Shown: positions 19,153-28,917 of the stretch, one piece after another | Position numbering within the stretch: the first letter of the stretch is position 1 | Layout of the letters: every line of letters starts with the position of its first letter | Assembly (NCBI GenBank): GCA_965242965.1 | Contig: OZ251518.1 | Span: forward strand, 5,440,001 to 5,504,000 | Reading direction: 5' to 3' | Length of the DNA stretch: 64,000 bases | Source: Candidatus Poribacteria bacterium | GTDB taxonomy: Bacteria; Poribacteria; WGA-4E; WGA-3G | Translations under genes and position numbers: made by a program | Notes under the pieces: generated by a model | What the model saw: only the letters and a program-made list of their open reading frames with translations | Database searches by the model: none | Told to the model about the DNA's origin: nothing

Positions 19153-19533
19153 ATGCAACGCATTGAAGTTACCACAAAACCTAACGGTGCCGGCCGCAAC
19201 TGGCTTGAAGTCGGCTATTTTGAGACTGATGCCCTTGACAGGAAGCAGTGGATTAAGAAAAACGTGCCGCATCAGGATGCCAAACTGACGGTGGATAGGC
19301 AATATTCGGCGCGCGGCGAAACCATCGATTGGATTCTGCTCATCCCCGAAAATTACCCGTTCACGCTTATCAAAGTCACTTATGATAGGCTGAACCCGCG
19401 AGAACTTGAAGTCTTGTGGGCACCGGAGGGCACGCCGCAACCGGAAACTTCCCGCGAAGATAAAATCAAGCGCGCGTTGGAACTCGCATCCGATAACGAA
19501 GAGCTGACCGGGCTGCTAAAGGAACTCCTCTAA
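19153..19533 (+). CDS. hypothetical protein
   Basis: GGAG upstream of MQRIEVTT; protein-like composition; divergent from larA. Confidence 0.65.
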   Translation: MQRIEVTTKPNGAGRNWLEVGYFETDALDRKQWIKKNVPHQDAKLTVDRQYSARGETIDWILLIPENYPFTLIKVTYDRLNPRELEVLWAPEGTPQPETSREDKIKRALELASDNEELTGLLKELL

Positions 19534-19724
19534 ACAAGCAGAACGCACATCCTCCGCTTATCTCCAAAACCGGCTCGCTTGTCCCTCGCGATGTTTACTG
19601 TGCCGTTTTCCCGTAGCGCGAGGGCCTGTCCCTCGCGGGCTTACTGTCCCGCTTGTCCGTAGCGCGAGTGCCTGTCCCTCGCGATGTTTACGGTGGGGAC
19701 ATGCCTCAACCCTACATTTACCAA

Positions 19725-21098
19725 TTACCAGCCATAACGTTCGGGCCCCCAAGGCTTCGTTATCAATTCCTGCTTCGCCATCACCATCGTCTTGCTCGGC
19801 ACATCATCGTAGAGAATAACGCCTGGGCCGACAACGCTGTAAGCCCCGATGCGCCGTCCCGGCATGATAATAGCGTTGACACCGGTTCGGCAATAATCGC
19901 CCATGTAAGTGGCGTTCGCGCCGTAAGTAGGGATTTCATAACGTCCCTCTATCTGCATCGGCGTATCCTTATCGTCAAACCGCAGCGTTCCGCATACCGT
20001 CGCTGCGCCGATATCGGTGGCGCATCCGAAAACGCCGGACATCTCGCAGTAGTGATACAGATAAACCTTGTCAAACATCACTCCCGCCATCTCTGCGCCG
20101 TGTCCGACGATGCATCGGTTGCCGATGACGCTGCTGCCAATGTCGCAGTAATCGCTGATGCGGCACTGCTTTCCGACGAAGATGTTCCCATGCAAAATCG
20201 CGCCGTTCGTGATGTTGTTGTTCTCCCCTGCAATCAGTGTGCCATTGATGACGACGCGCGGGCCAATAACCGAGTTCTTGCCTAACACGACGCGGCCGTT
20301 AATCTCAGCGGCATCCGAAATCTGTGCCCCTTTCGCGATGTCGTCAGCATCGAGTTGCGTAGCGAGGTAGTCTACCAGTCGCCGATTCGCTTCCAGCACG
20401 TGCCACGGTTTATCGACATCGACGAAGAACTCTGTCGTCTCAACTGCCATCACCGATTTTCCATCGTCCACCATCAACTGAATAGATTGCGCGATGTCCG
20501 ATTCCGGTGGTGGCATTCCGCCGACAGGCACGCGCGTGACGATACCGGGATTCCTTAAGAGATAGGGTGTCGTCTCCTTCTCGCGAAAAGCGTAAACGCC
20601 GCAGAGCCTATGCGAACCGCCACGCGGATGTCCTTCAATGCCTGTCACACATTCGCTGCTGGTGCCTGCACAGAGCCAATCGCTTGCATCTTCCTCTCCG
20701 AGAGGTTGCACCAGCGCGGCGGCTTCAACTTTTTCTTCGATGCACCTGTTAATCAAATTACGTAAATTATCAGGTGTGGTTACAATATCTCCCGGAACTA
20801 CCAGATAAAGTTCGTTTTTGAGGCATTTGAGTGCTTCCAGCGTCGCCGTTGCGGTGCCATCGCGCGTCTGTTGCGTGACAAACGCCACTTCGGGGATGTC
20901 GGCGACCGCACCGCGGACCTGCTGAGCGTAATGTCCCACGACAACGATAACCTGTTCACATCCTATCTGAACGAGGTTTTCCACTATTCGGCGCACGATG
21001 GGCGTATTGGCAACAGGCAGCGTGCATTTCTGTCGGAATTCGCCGTAGGGCCAAACCTTCTTGCCTAACCCTGCGGCGAGAACAATTGCGCTGAACAT
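19725..21098 (-). CDS. sugar-phosphate nucleotidyltransferase with hexapeptide repeats (GlmU-like)
   Basis: VLAAGLG motif; C-terminal left-handed beta-helix repeats. Confidence 0.85.
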   Translation of the reverse strand: MFSAIVLAAGLGKKVWPYGEFRQKCTLPVANTPIVRRIVENLVQIGCEQVIVVVGHYAQQVRGAVADIPEVAFVTQQTRDGTATATLEALKCLKNELYLVVPGDIVTTPDNLRNLINRCIEEKVEAAALVQPLGEEDASDWLCAGTSSECVTGIEGHPRGGSHRLCGVYAFREKETTPYLLRNPGIVTRVPVGGMPPPESDIAQSIQLMVDDGKSVMAVETTEFFVDVDKPWHVLEANRRLVDYLATQLDADDIAKGAQISDAAEINGRVVLGKNSVIGPRVVINGTLIAGENNNITNGAILHGNIFVGKQCRISDYCDIGSSVIGNRCIVGHGAEMAGVMFDKVYLYHYCEMSGVFGCATDIGAATVCGTLRFDDKDTPMQIEGRYEIPTYGANATYMGDYCRTGVNAIIMPGRRIGAYSVVGPGVILYDDVPSKTMVMAKQELITKPWGPERYGW

Positions 21099-21866
<768 letters not shown>

Positions 21867-21892
21867 TCAAATTGCCACGATAAGGAGAAAAT

Positions 21893-22858
21893 ATGGGATA
21901 TAACGATGGCAGGAAACAGTTGGAGCGGATTCTCAAGCTAGCCAACCTCCTCCAGAAATCACCATTGAGAGTCCGAGTTCTGGCTGAGCGTTTCGACGTT
22001 CATGTCACGCGTATCTACGACGATATAAAGATTCTTGAGAAGTTCTTCGTTGTGGAAAAGGAGCGGGCGCGCTATTGGATTAAGACTGAACGTCCGCGTC
22101 CGCATCCAGAAATCACGAAACAAGAGTTCAATGCTTTAACGGCTGCAGTTGAGGCTGTGAAGGGCGCGCCTTTTGAGAATCGCCTCAAACGCGTATTAGC
22201 AAAATTTGATGAACCCCTCGCCGCGCGCATCCGGATTGAAATTGAGAGAGAGGCGCAGATTTCGGTGAAGATCAAAGCCGGAAACCGCCATGATGAGGTT
22301 GAGGGACATTTTCGCACGTTGGAGAAGTCTCTTTACCTGCAGCAGGCGGTGCGCGCTATGTATCAGCCCGGTGGCAAAACGGAGACAGTTGCACACGTGC
22401 TTCATCCGTATGCCATCTTCTTCCGGAAGGAAGATTGGTATTTAGAGGCGCGCTCCAATTTATCGGAGAACGCGTCGCTCACCTTCAAAATCCTCCGTTT
22501 CCGGGAAATTGAACTGCTAGATGCGTCGTTTGAGCGTCCTGCGGCATTTTCATTAGCAGCGAATCTTGCGTCGCGCTGGGAGTTGTTTAGCGGTGAACCT
22601 ACCACCGTGCTCCTCAAAATTGCCTCGCACAAAGCGTATCTAGTTGAGGAGAAGGAGCGTCACGCTTCTCAGGAGATTGTGGAGCGTTGCGCGGACGGTT
22701 CGGTAGTCGTGCGGTATCACGTGCCGCCGGAGGAATTCACGTTTTGGGTATTGAGTTTGGGGGACGCGGCGGAGATTTTGGACCCGCCAGAATTCCGTTC
22801 GGAGGTTGCGGCAATAGTGCAGCGGATGCACGCCGTGTATTTTGCGGATGGCGAGTAG
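21893..22858 (+). CDS. HTH-WYL-WCX transcriptional regulator, CRISPR-adjacent
   Basis: N-terminal HTH (TRIYDDI), HPYAIF..DWYL, FKILR, LGDAAEILDP. Confidence 0.9.
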   Translation: MGYNDGRKQLERILKLANLLQKSPLRVRVLAERFDVHVTRIYDDIKILEKFFVVEKERARYWIKTERPRPHPEITKQEFNALTAAVEAVKGAPFENRLKRVLAKFDEPLAARIRIEIEREAQISVKIKAGNRHDEVEGHFRTLEKSLYLQQAVRAMYQPGGKTETVAHVLHPYAIFFRKEDWYLEARSNLSENASLTFKILRFREIELLDASFERPAAFSLAANLASRWELFSGEPTTVLLKIASHKAYLVEEKERHASQEIVERCADGSVVVRYHVPPEEFTFWVLSLGDAAEILDPPEFRSEVAAIVQRMHAVYFADGE

Positions 22859-22930
22859 GTGAATTGGGCTCGGGGAGGCTTTGGTTTGATAAAGCCCGGA
22901 GCCTTCTTGGGCCAATTCGCGATTTTTTTC

Positions 22931-22959
22931 TTGACTTTTGCGGTTGAATATGGTATCAT
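22931..22959 (+). promoter_or_regulatory. sigma70 promoter for the crRNA-like RNA
   Basis: TTGACT-17 bp-TATCAT with extended TG; no ORF follows before the next promoter. Confidence 0.7.
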
Positions 22960-22974
22960 ATTAAACATCGATAG

Positions 22975-23064
22975 AAGCCGCTCGATTGCGAGATTGAAAA
23001 ATTTGGATTTTCGTATGCTACAGCCCCGAATTTCCTATAAGAATCTCAAGCGTGAGATGGATTT
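22975..23064 (+). ncRNA. crRNA-like mini-array (degenerate repeat - short spacer - degenerate repeat)
   Basis: AAGCcgCTCGATTGCGAGATTGAAAa matches the 3' part of the array repeat; the second copy keeps a hairpin ATCTCA-AGCG-TGAGAT; the spacer from 23001 matches 23113-23135. Confidence 0.8.
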
Positions 23065-23074
23065 GATTTTTTCC

Positions 23075-23103
23075 TTGACATTCCGCTGAAAATGTGTTAT
23101 AAT
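23075..23103 (+). promoter_or_regulatory. consensus sigma70 promoter of the DUF3800 gene
   Basis: TTGACA-17 bp-TATAAT with extended TG. Confidence 0.85.
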
Positions 23104-23152
23104 TAAGATGTCATTTGTATTTATAGTATGTTACACGAAAAAAAGGAGGAAA

Positions 23153-23749
23153 ATGAGAATCAACTTTAAACGAACGACAGCGGGGACAAAACGAATTGAG
23201 TTCTACGTTGACGAATCCGGGCAAGATACTCGAGGAGAGTTGTTCATCGTCGCCGGCGTGGCAGTAAAAAACAGCGATGAGCTCCGCCAGCATTGCGTGT
23301 CCCTTGAAAGGACTTCGGGGAAAGGTAAAGTGAAGTGGGCAAGCGCCGAAAGAACAAGGCGTTTGGCTTACCTACGCACCGCAATCTCAGATGCCTCCTC
23401 TTTCGGGGCCACTATATTCTACAGCGTTTTTCGTAAAACCACAGATTATGATGGCGCGACAATTGAAGGCGTTGCGCGAGCCATGCGTCGTTTGTCAACT
23501 CGCAATTCCTCGGTTTTTGTCTACGTTGATGCCCTGGGAGGCGAAAAGTGCCGCGAATACGGAACCCGTTTGCGAAAACTCGGATGTTCTCTCAAACGGG
23601 TGCGCGGATGTTCAGATGAAAACGAACCGCTCATCAGGTTAGCAGATGCCGTGGCAGGAGCAGCTGCGGAATTGATTAAATACGATTCCGAAGACCTGGG
23701 TGAGATTTTCTCGCAAGCCAAACAGCAAGGCACCATTGTTGAACTTTAA
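23153..23749 (+). CDS. DUF3800 family protein (RNase H-like fold)
   Basis: AAGGAGG RBS then MRINF; N-terminal YVDESG and C-terminal SDENEPLIRLADAVAG fit the DUF3800 signature. Confidence 0.8.
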   Translation: MRINFKRTTAGTKRIEFYVDESGQDTRGELFIVAGVAVKNSDELRQHCVSLERTSGKGKVKWASAERTRRLAYLRTAISDASSFGATIFYSVFRKTTDYDGATIEGVARAMRRLSTRNSSVFVYVDALGGEKCREYGTRLRKLGCSLKRVRGCSDENEPLIRLADAVAGAAAELIKYDSEDLGEIFSQAKQQGTIVEL

Positions 23750-23752
23750 AAC

Positions 23753-23961
23753 AGAAAACCACCCCCGCGTCAGGGGGTGGGCAACCTATTCTCCCGGCCG
23801 GCCGGAAGACAGCTCAGCATACGCAATAGTCTTCGGCTGCTATTTTACTTCTGATAAAGGGTAGAATACCACCCTGGCGAGAGGGTGGGCAACCTATTCT
23901 CCCGGCCGGCCGGAAGACAGCTCAGCATACGCAATAGTTTTCGGCTGCGATTTTACTTCTG
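23753..23961 (+). ncRNA. two tandem ~100-nt structured RNA-like units downstream of DUF3800
   Basis: 23753-23853 and 23863-23961 are near identical; differences concentrate in hairpin 1 and keep pairing. Strand inferred from the upstream gene. Confidence 0.65.
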
Positions 23962-24191
23962 GTATTAAAATTATACCCTATTCCGCGCGAAAAGTCAAGA
24001 AAATTCCGCGAAATCTGACATTTTCGTAAAAAAAGACCGGGTTTTTTGATTTTTCAGGTCGATTTTTTTTGATTTTTGCGTAAAACGCTAAATTCTTGTG
24101 GTATAATTAAAGCAGATTGATAATCGGTTGCATGTTTGCAAGGTTGCTGCTATAATGAACAGCAAACCAATGCAATCGGAAAGGAGACATC

Positions 24192-27083
24192 ATGGCAAGA
24201 CAGAAATCCGGAGTGGAGGAGTTCTGGTTGTCACTCGGTATCGGTTCCGGGCGTGACGACATCTTCTGCGCTTATGTAAACGAAATCGCCAATCGGAAAC
24301 TGCGCGCCTATCAGGAAATCATCCAATACGGCGCGAAGGCGGGAGAATCGCTCTATCTCCATATCCTCAACGGGATTTTCGTTCTGGAACGGTTACGTCC
24401 ACGCTTGGAATTGGATGACGTTGAAGTCCAAGTGTTGTTCAGTGCCTTCAGCGTCCATGACATGAACAAACTTAACGAGTTTCAGAGCGTGAAGCGTTCG
24501 TTCAATTATCTGGCCAACGCAACGAATGTCAGTGCGGTGTTGACAGAACTTGAGATGGAACGGTTCTTCCCGGATTGGGAAGATTACCTGAAAGACATTG
24601 AGGTGCTTGTCCGCGCCCACTCGCGGTTTCACAACGTCTACGACGAAACCCTCGCTCTGGACTACGCTCCGTATTCCCTGTGCAGGGACAGGATTTTGAA
24701 CTATCTTGTCCCGATTATCCAAGCGATAGATGTCATCGATCTATCGAAAACATTGGAGGAACGTGCAAAGAAAGGAGACTTCCTCCGCACGCTCAACCCG
24801 ATTTTCGATGATGCGCAGTACCGGTTCGTCTACCATAAAGTCAGCGAGCAGCGCGGCATTTTGACGAACCTCATCCATAACGAAATTGCGGCGTACCTTG
24901 AGAAAGAAAAACAGTTGTTGCCGCTCCTATTTTATCCGGACGGGGTCGCGTACCTCGTTGAGCGGCACCGCGATGTCCAGATGACGAACGACGAAATCGC
25001 GACGGTTGGCAACCGGATTGTCGCTAGTGTTGAATCAGAAACCAGCAAAGGATTCAGCAAGTTTATCAAAGGCAGTCCGGCAGGTATCAAGATTGATGAG
25101 AAATGCCTCGCACTCGGGCTACCTTTTGAATGCCTCTGGAACGAGGTGCGAAACATCATCAGCGAGCGGCAGTATGTCGCAAACGCAAAAGTGGATGAAA
25201 TGAACGCTAAGTGTCGGGCACGACTGGAAAAGGTTCGCGAGAAGTCAGGGGAGCCGATGCAGCTCTCTCAGCCTCCGGACTTTGAGAATTCAGGTGGGCA
25301 GCTGAGTTTATTTAACTTAGATGCTCCGGAATCGAGCCTTGTGAATCAGGTCCTGTCGGAGAAAACTCCTTTGCTGCCTCCCGATGATGCAGCTCTGAGG
25401 TTGGGGGAGTTGGTTCGGACATACTACATCTTCCTGAACAAACACTTTGCTCACACCCTTACGGATGCTTGGAAGCATGTTTACAATCTACTTGCGTTGC
25501 CATCGCAAACCGAGGATGCAAATTGTCGTCCGCGATACGAACTTTTTGATGCCCTCTACGACCGGGGGTACATCATCGGGCGAGACCTTTACAACAGCGG
25601 CAGAAACTTTGATGAAATCTATGAGTTGATTGTCCAAGATGGGACAATTCTCATGGAGACTGCACAAACCGAAAGCGAATTCGGAATTCTCGCGGATTAC
25701 GTTCGCAAGTACGTTGATTTTGACTTCACTGTCGGCAGAGACCGGCACTTCGCGACACATCTGGAACGTTATGTAAAGGATAATCACTCGCAGTGTAGCA
25801 CTTGCGGCTCAGAATTTGATACGGCTCTCTGGATGAAGGCAGATGTGCCGCCGAATATCAAGGTGCAGCAATTTTCAAATCGGCTGCAGGGAGGCTCATC
25901 GCGGGAACCGAAACGTCGGGTTTGTAGCATTTGCCGAACGCAATACATGCTGGATAAACTCTGTTACAGGGTTGGAGGAAAAACGGCTATGTTTTTTATC
26001 CACCTGTATCCGCCATCGTTTTTCACCGATGTGTTAATCGACGCTTTTCGGGCGGCACAAGAGAGATTCCGCAACCCGGATTTACCATCGGTATTTCTCA
26101 AGACAGACGATGTGCTCCGGCACTATCGAGAACAGACTCAATTAGAGTTGAAGTTTTCTCATACGAAGGTTAATGGGAACCCGTTGCCGAAATTTTCCGA
26201 GGCTCTTGGCAATATTTTAACAGTGCCTGTTAACGCGCCGGGGGATAACCACACAGAGAGGGTTTTGTTTGCTATCGAAAACGCCCTACTTTATCAACGT
26301 TTTCTGGGGTGCCGGGCGGTGTTAACTGATTCATCAATCCCCCTCTTTTCGGGAGACCAATTCAGGCATTTTTTTATCGACCATATTCCATCTGGATTTC
26401 GCGGGTGGTTACCGGAAAATGACATGGATAGTGCCGAAACCCAAAAGGTTTTTGCACAATTGCTCAGACTCCATGAGATCCGTGAGAAGATCGGAAGCAT
26501 TAATGCGGCAGATCTCGTCCGATTGATTCGGTGCCTGAATTACGATGTGCTTGAACTTTACTACGTAACCCATCGAATGATTAAACGCGAACATGCCGGA
26601 AATGAACGCCGGCAATTCACAACCGTCCGCGGCACGGCAAACCTTCTTGCTGATGTCGTGGCACAGAAAGGAGGCGAACCGATTATGCCTTACCTCAAGG
26701 AGCTCGCGCGTATCGCGTGGCAGGGGCAACTGAAAGGCGATAGTCTTGAGGACAACGCGCTCGCGAAACCTCTTGATGTGGCGTTTGACAGCCTAGAACG
26801 GTGGCAGCCTGATCGCGAAACCGCAGAGGAAGCGCGAGCCATCATGTCAAAAGAGGTTGCCCGCGCCATTAAGCGCGTCAACAAGCAGTTCTTCGGCGCG
26901 AAAAAGTTGGAGAACATTTCACAGTTTGTGACGGTGCTGTTCGATCAGATTTACCAAAATGTCTACCATGGCAATCTGCTTGAGCTGCTTGAAAACCGTA
27001 GACGGATCCGCGCCGGGTATCTCTACTTCATCACGGAGATGATTCCCAAGCGCGAGAAAGAGAAGGAGGAACAACAGTCATGA
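24192..27083 (+). CDS. cas10d: type I-D large subunit Cas10d/Csc3 with HD nuclease domain
   Basis: SLYLHILNG, VHDMNK, C-x2-C...C-x2-C zinc finger with FSNRL; upstream of csc2/csc1. Confidence 0.9.
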   Translation: MARQKSGVEEFWLSLGIGSGRDDIFCAYVNEIANRKLRAYQEIIQYGAKAGESLYLHILNGIFVLERLRPRLELDDVEVQVLFSAFSVHDMNKLNEFQSVKRSFNYLANATNVSAVLTELEMERFFPDWEDYLKDIEVLVRAHSRFHNVYDETLALDYAPYSLCRDRILNYLVPIIQAIDVIDLSKTLEERAKKGDFLRTLNPIFDDAQYRFVYHKVSEQRGILTNLIHNEIAAYLEKEKQLLPLLFYPDGVAYLVERHRDVQMTNDEIATVGNRIVASVESETSKGFSKFIKGSPAGIKIDEKCLALGLPFECLWNEVRNIISERQYVANAKVDEMNAKCRARLEKVREKSGEPMQLSQPPDFENSGGQLSLFNLDAPESSLVNQVLSEKTPLLPPDDAALRLGELVRTYYIFLNKHFAHTLTDAWKHVYNLLALPSQTEDANCRPRYELFDALYDRGYIIGRDLYNSGRNFDEIYELIVQDGTILMETAQTESEFGILADYVRKYVDFDFTVGRDRHFATHLERYVKDNHSQCSTCGSEFDTALWMKADVPPNIKVQQFSNRLQGGSSREPKRRVCSICRTQYMLDKLCYRVGGKTAMFFIHLYPPSFFTDVLIDAFRAAQERFRNPDLPSVFLKTDDVLRHYREQTQLELKFSHTKVNGNPLPKFSEALGNILTVPVNAPGDNHTERVLFAIENALLYQRFLGCRAVLTDSSIPLFSGDQFRHFFIDHIPSGFRGWLPENDMDSAETQKVFAQLLRLHEIREKIGSINAADLVRLIRCLNYDVLELYYVTHRMIKREHAGNERRQFTTVRGTANLLADVVAQKGGEPIMPYLKELARIAWQGQLKGDSLEDNALAKPLDVAFDSLERWQPDRETAEEARAIMSKEVARAIKRVNKQFFGAKKLENISQFVTVLFDQIYQNVYHGNLLELLENRRRIRAGYLYFITEMIPKREKEKEEQQS
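26685..27083 (+). CDS. probable Cas11d small subunit from an internal start in cas10d
   Basis: AAAGGAGG at 26667-26674 before in-frame ATG (MPYLKELARIAW); internal Cas11d is established for type I-D. Confidence 0.65.
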   Translation: MPYLKELARIAWQGQLKGDSLEDNALAKPLDVAFDSLERWQPDRETAEEARAIMSKEVARAIKRVNKQFFGAKKLENISQFVTVLFDQIYQNVYHGNLLELLENRRRIRAGYLYFITEMIPKREKEKEEQQS

Positions 27084-28066
27084 GTATTCTTGACAACTAC
27101 ACCGGATCCATGGTTGGGCAATACGAAAACTTCCCGCAGAGCCGCTATTTAACCTTGGTGGTGCTGCGGAAGGCGGAATCCGAGATGATTTTCCGCACCG
27201 AAGGTTCCGGCGAGGGACTGACACGCGATTCTGTCCACGCAGGACTTCAAAAACGAGAGATTATCTCTCGCGTGACGATTAGCAAGCGGAAACAGACAGC
27301 TGTTGAACGTCGCGCCGGCCGCGAACTTTTGCGGCAGCACAACCTGCTGTTCTATGCGGCGAACAAAGGAAAACGCGAAGAAAGTGCCGATAACATCTGT
27401 GCATTGAACCGCAACAAGCCGTGCGGGATTTGCGTAGACTGCATGATTTACGGTTATGCCGTTGGCGGTGGCGGCGCGCAGAAATCGCGCGTCATTACGG
27501 ACGACGCGTTCAGCATTCTGCCTTACCAAACGGTAACGGCAAAACGAACGTTCAACGCGCTTTACGATAACAACACCATGCGCGATCCTGTGACCGGCAA
27601 GCCGTCTTCCAGCATCCAAGAGGACGAGTATGTCAAGCCTGAAACATTGTTTATTGACATGCAAACCCTCAAGGATTTGACTGCGAATGAGATTCGCTAC
27701 GTCATCGCGAACGTGCTTCGGAGTCGCCGCTACGGAGCCATCTCGTCACGGCTGGGCAAGATGCGGAACACTATCGTCGGAGCGATTTTTAGCGATTGTG
27801 AGCTCTTCAGCAATCTGGAGTTGACACAGCGCGTTTACGACCTGCTCGGTGAACAGGGACGGCAATTTCCACTTGATGAGACGAAAGTCAAGACGGCAAT
27901 TGCCGCGGCGGTAGAAGGACTTGCCGGCGAAGTCATCGGGACGCAAAAACCAATTTCTGAAGAAGAGTTAACCAAACTCATCAAGGAGATTCGGCAGACA
28001 TTCGCATCACCAACTGACGTGAAAGAACTGCTAGAGGCGATTACCGCGCTCTATCCGCGTGGGTAA
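27080..28066 (+). CDS. csc2: type I-D Cas7/Csc2
   Basis: FRTEG, KRKQTAVERR, CGICVDCMIYGYA, KSRV, RYGA. Confidence 0.92.
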   Translation: MSILDNYTGSMVGQYENFPQSRYLTLVVLRKAESEMIFRTEGSGEGLTRDSVHAGLQKREIISRVTISKRKQTAVERRAGRELLRQHNLLFYAANKGKREESADNICALNRNKPCGICVDCMIYGYAVGGGGAQKSRVITDDAFSILPYQTVTAKRTFNALYDNNTMRDPVTGKPSSSIQEDEYVKPETLFIDMQTLKDLTANEIRYVIANVLRSRRYGAISSRLGKMRNTIVGAIFSDCELFSNLELTQRVYDLLGEQGRQFPLDETKVKTAIAAAVEGLAGEVIGTQKPISEEELTKLIKEIRQTFASPTDVKELLEAITALYPRG

Positions 28067-28112
28067 GTGAGACATGGGGTAGGCATCGCCTACCCTATGC
28101 GGGAGGTATCAC

Positions 28113-28829
28113 ATGCATATTTACCGTTGTGAATTCCAACTCATGGAGAACCTCTTTTTCGCCAGTCGCGAGGTGAACAACTTTTTTCAAACCGAGCCGG
28201 TTATCGGTAACTACGCACTCGCTTACGCGCTCGGGTTGTGTCATGCTGGTTATCACAACAGCGGCGACATCACCTATGCCGAAGATTTGGAGCAGCTCAA
28301 CGAAGCAGGTGTCTATATTACGCCGGGGACGTTGACTGGGAAAACCCGCTTCACGGTGGTGCAATTCAACGCCCTTTCAGACTCGTATTGGTATCAGATG
28401 GAACAGAACGCCATTTCGGTGGACCGGGGGTGCATTTTCAACCCAAGATTGAAAGCACGCGCGGCGAATTTTCCGCAGATTGGACGGCTCAAACTGCTCT
28501 CAATTGGAAACACGGGCGTTTTCTACGTGACAAGCCAAGAAACCGTCCGGATTCCGCGTTACATCCGCCTCGGAAAATTCATGAGCAAGACGAAAATCTC
28601 CGCTCAAAAACAGCACTATCGGGAAACGAAGGCGGAAGACGTATCCTATCCGGATTATCTCAATCCGAACGATCTGCCGCCGGAGACAGAAATTGGCATG
28701 TTTGATTTGCTCAATATTCGTCCGACACCGCTCATTCGCCATGTTCAGTTGTCAGGCGATTTCTATCAGTTAGCGGATGAGGCGAAAACGCGATTGCCCG
28801 CGGGAATGCGGTTTTATACCGATTTTTAG
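28113..28829 (+). CDS. csc1: type I-D Cas5/Csc1
   Basis: LFFASRE, NYALAYALG, NFPQIG, PRYIRLGKFMSK. Confidence 0.92.
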   Translation: MHIYRCEFQLMENLFFASREVNNFFQTEPVIGNYALAYALGLCHAGYHNSGDITYAEDLEQLNEAGVYITPGTLTGKTRFTVVQFNALSDSYWYQMEQNAISVDRGCIFNPRLKARAANFPQIGRLKLLSIGNTGVFYVTSQETVRIPRYIRLGKFMSKTKISAQKQHYRETKAEDVSYPDYLNPNDLPPETEIGMFDLLNIRPTPLIRHVQLSGDFYQLADEAKTRLPAGMRFYTDF

Positions 28830-28917
28830 ATTGACTGCCAGTTTTACCGTAGGGTAGGCATCGCGCTGCTAAATTGTGGTGCAATGCACACCCTACCTAT
28901 TCTATGGAGGCATCCCC

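Noticed and set aside
19069-19440. N-terminal extension of the 548-aa larA ORF
   Set aside because: It overlaps the divergent gene and promoter region; the LarA-like sequence begins at MQIEMRYG (19068).
23108-23152. Upstream ATG for the DUF3800 gene
   Set aside because: It lies at or before the predicted transcription start; the ATG at 23153 has a strong RBS.
24001-24080. cas10d promoter as a target of the mini-array spacer
   Set aside because: Only T-rich partial matches (e.g. ATTTTCGTA) without a correctly placed GTN PAM or intact seed.
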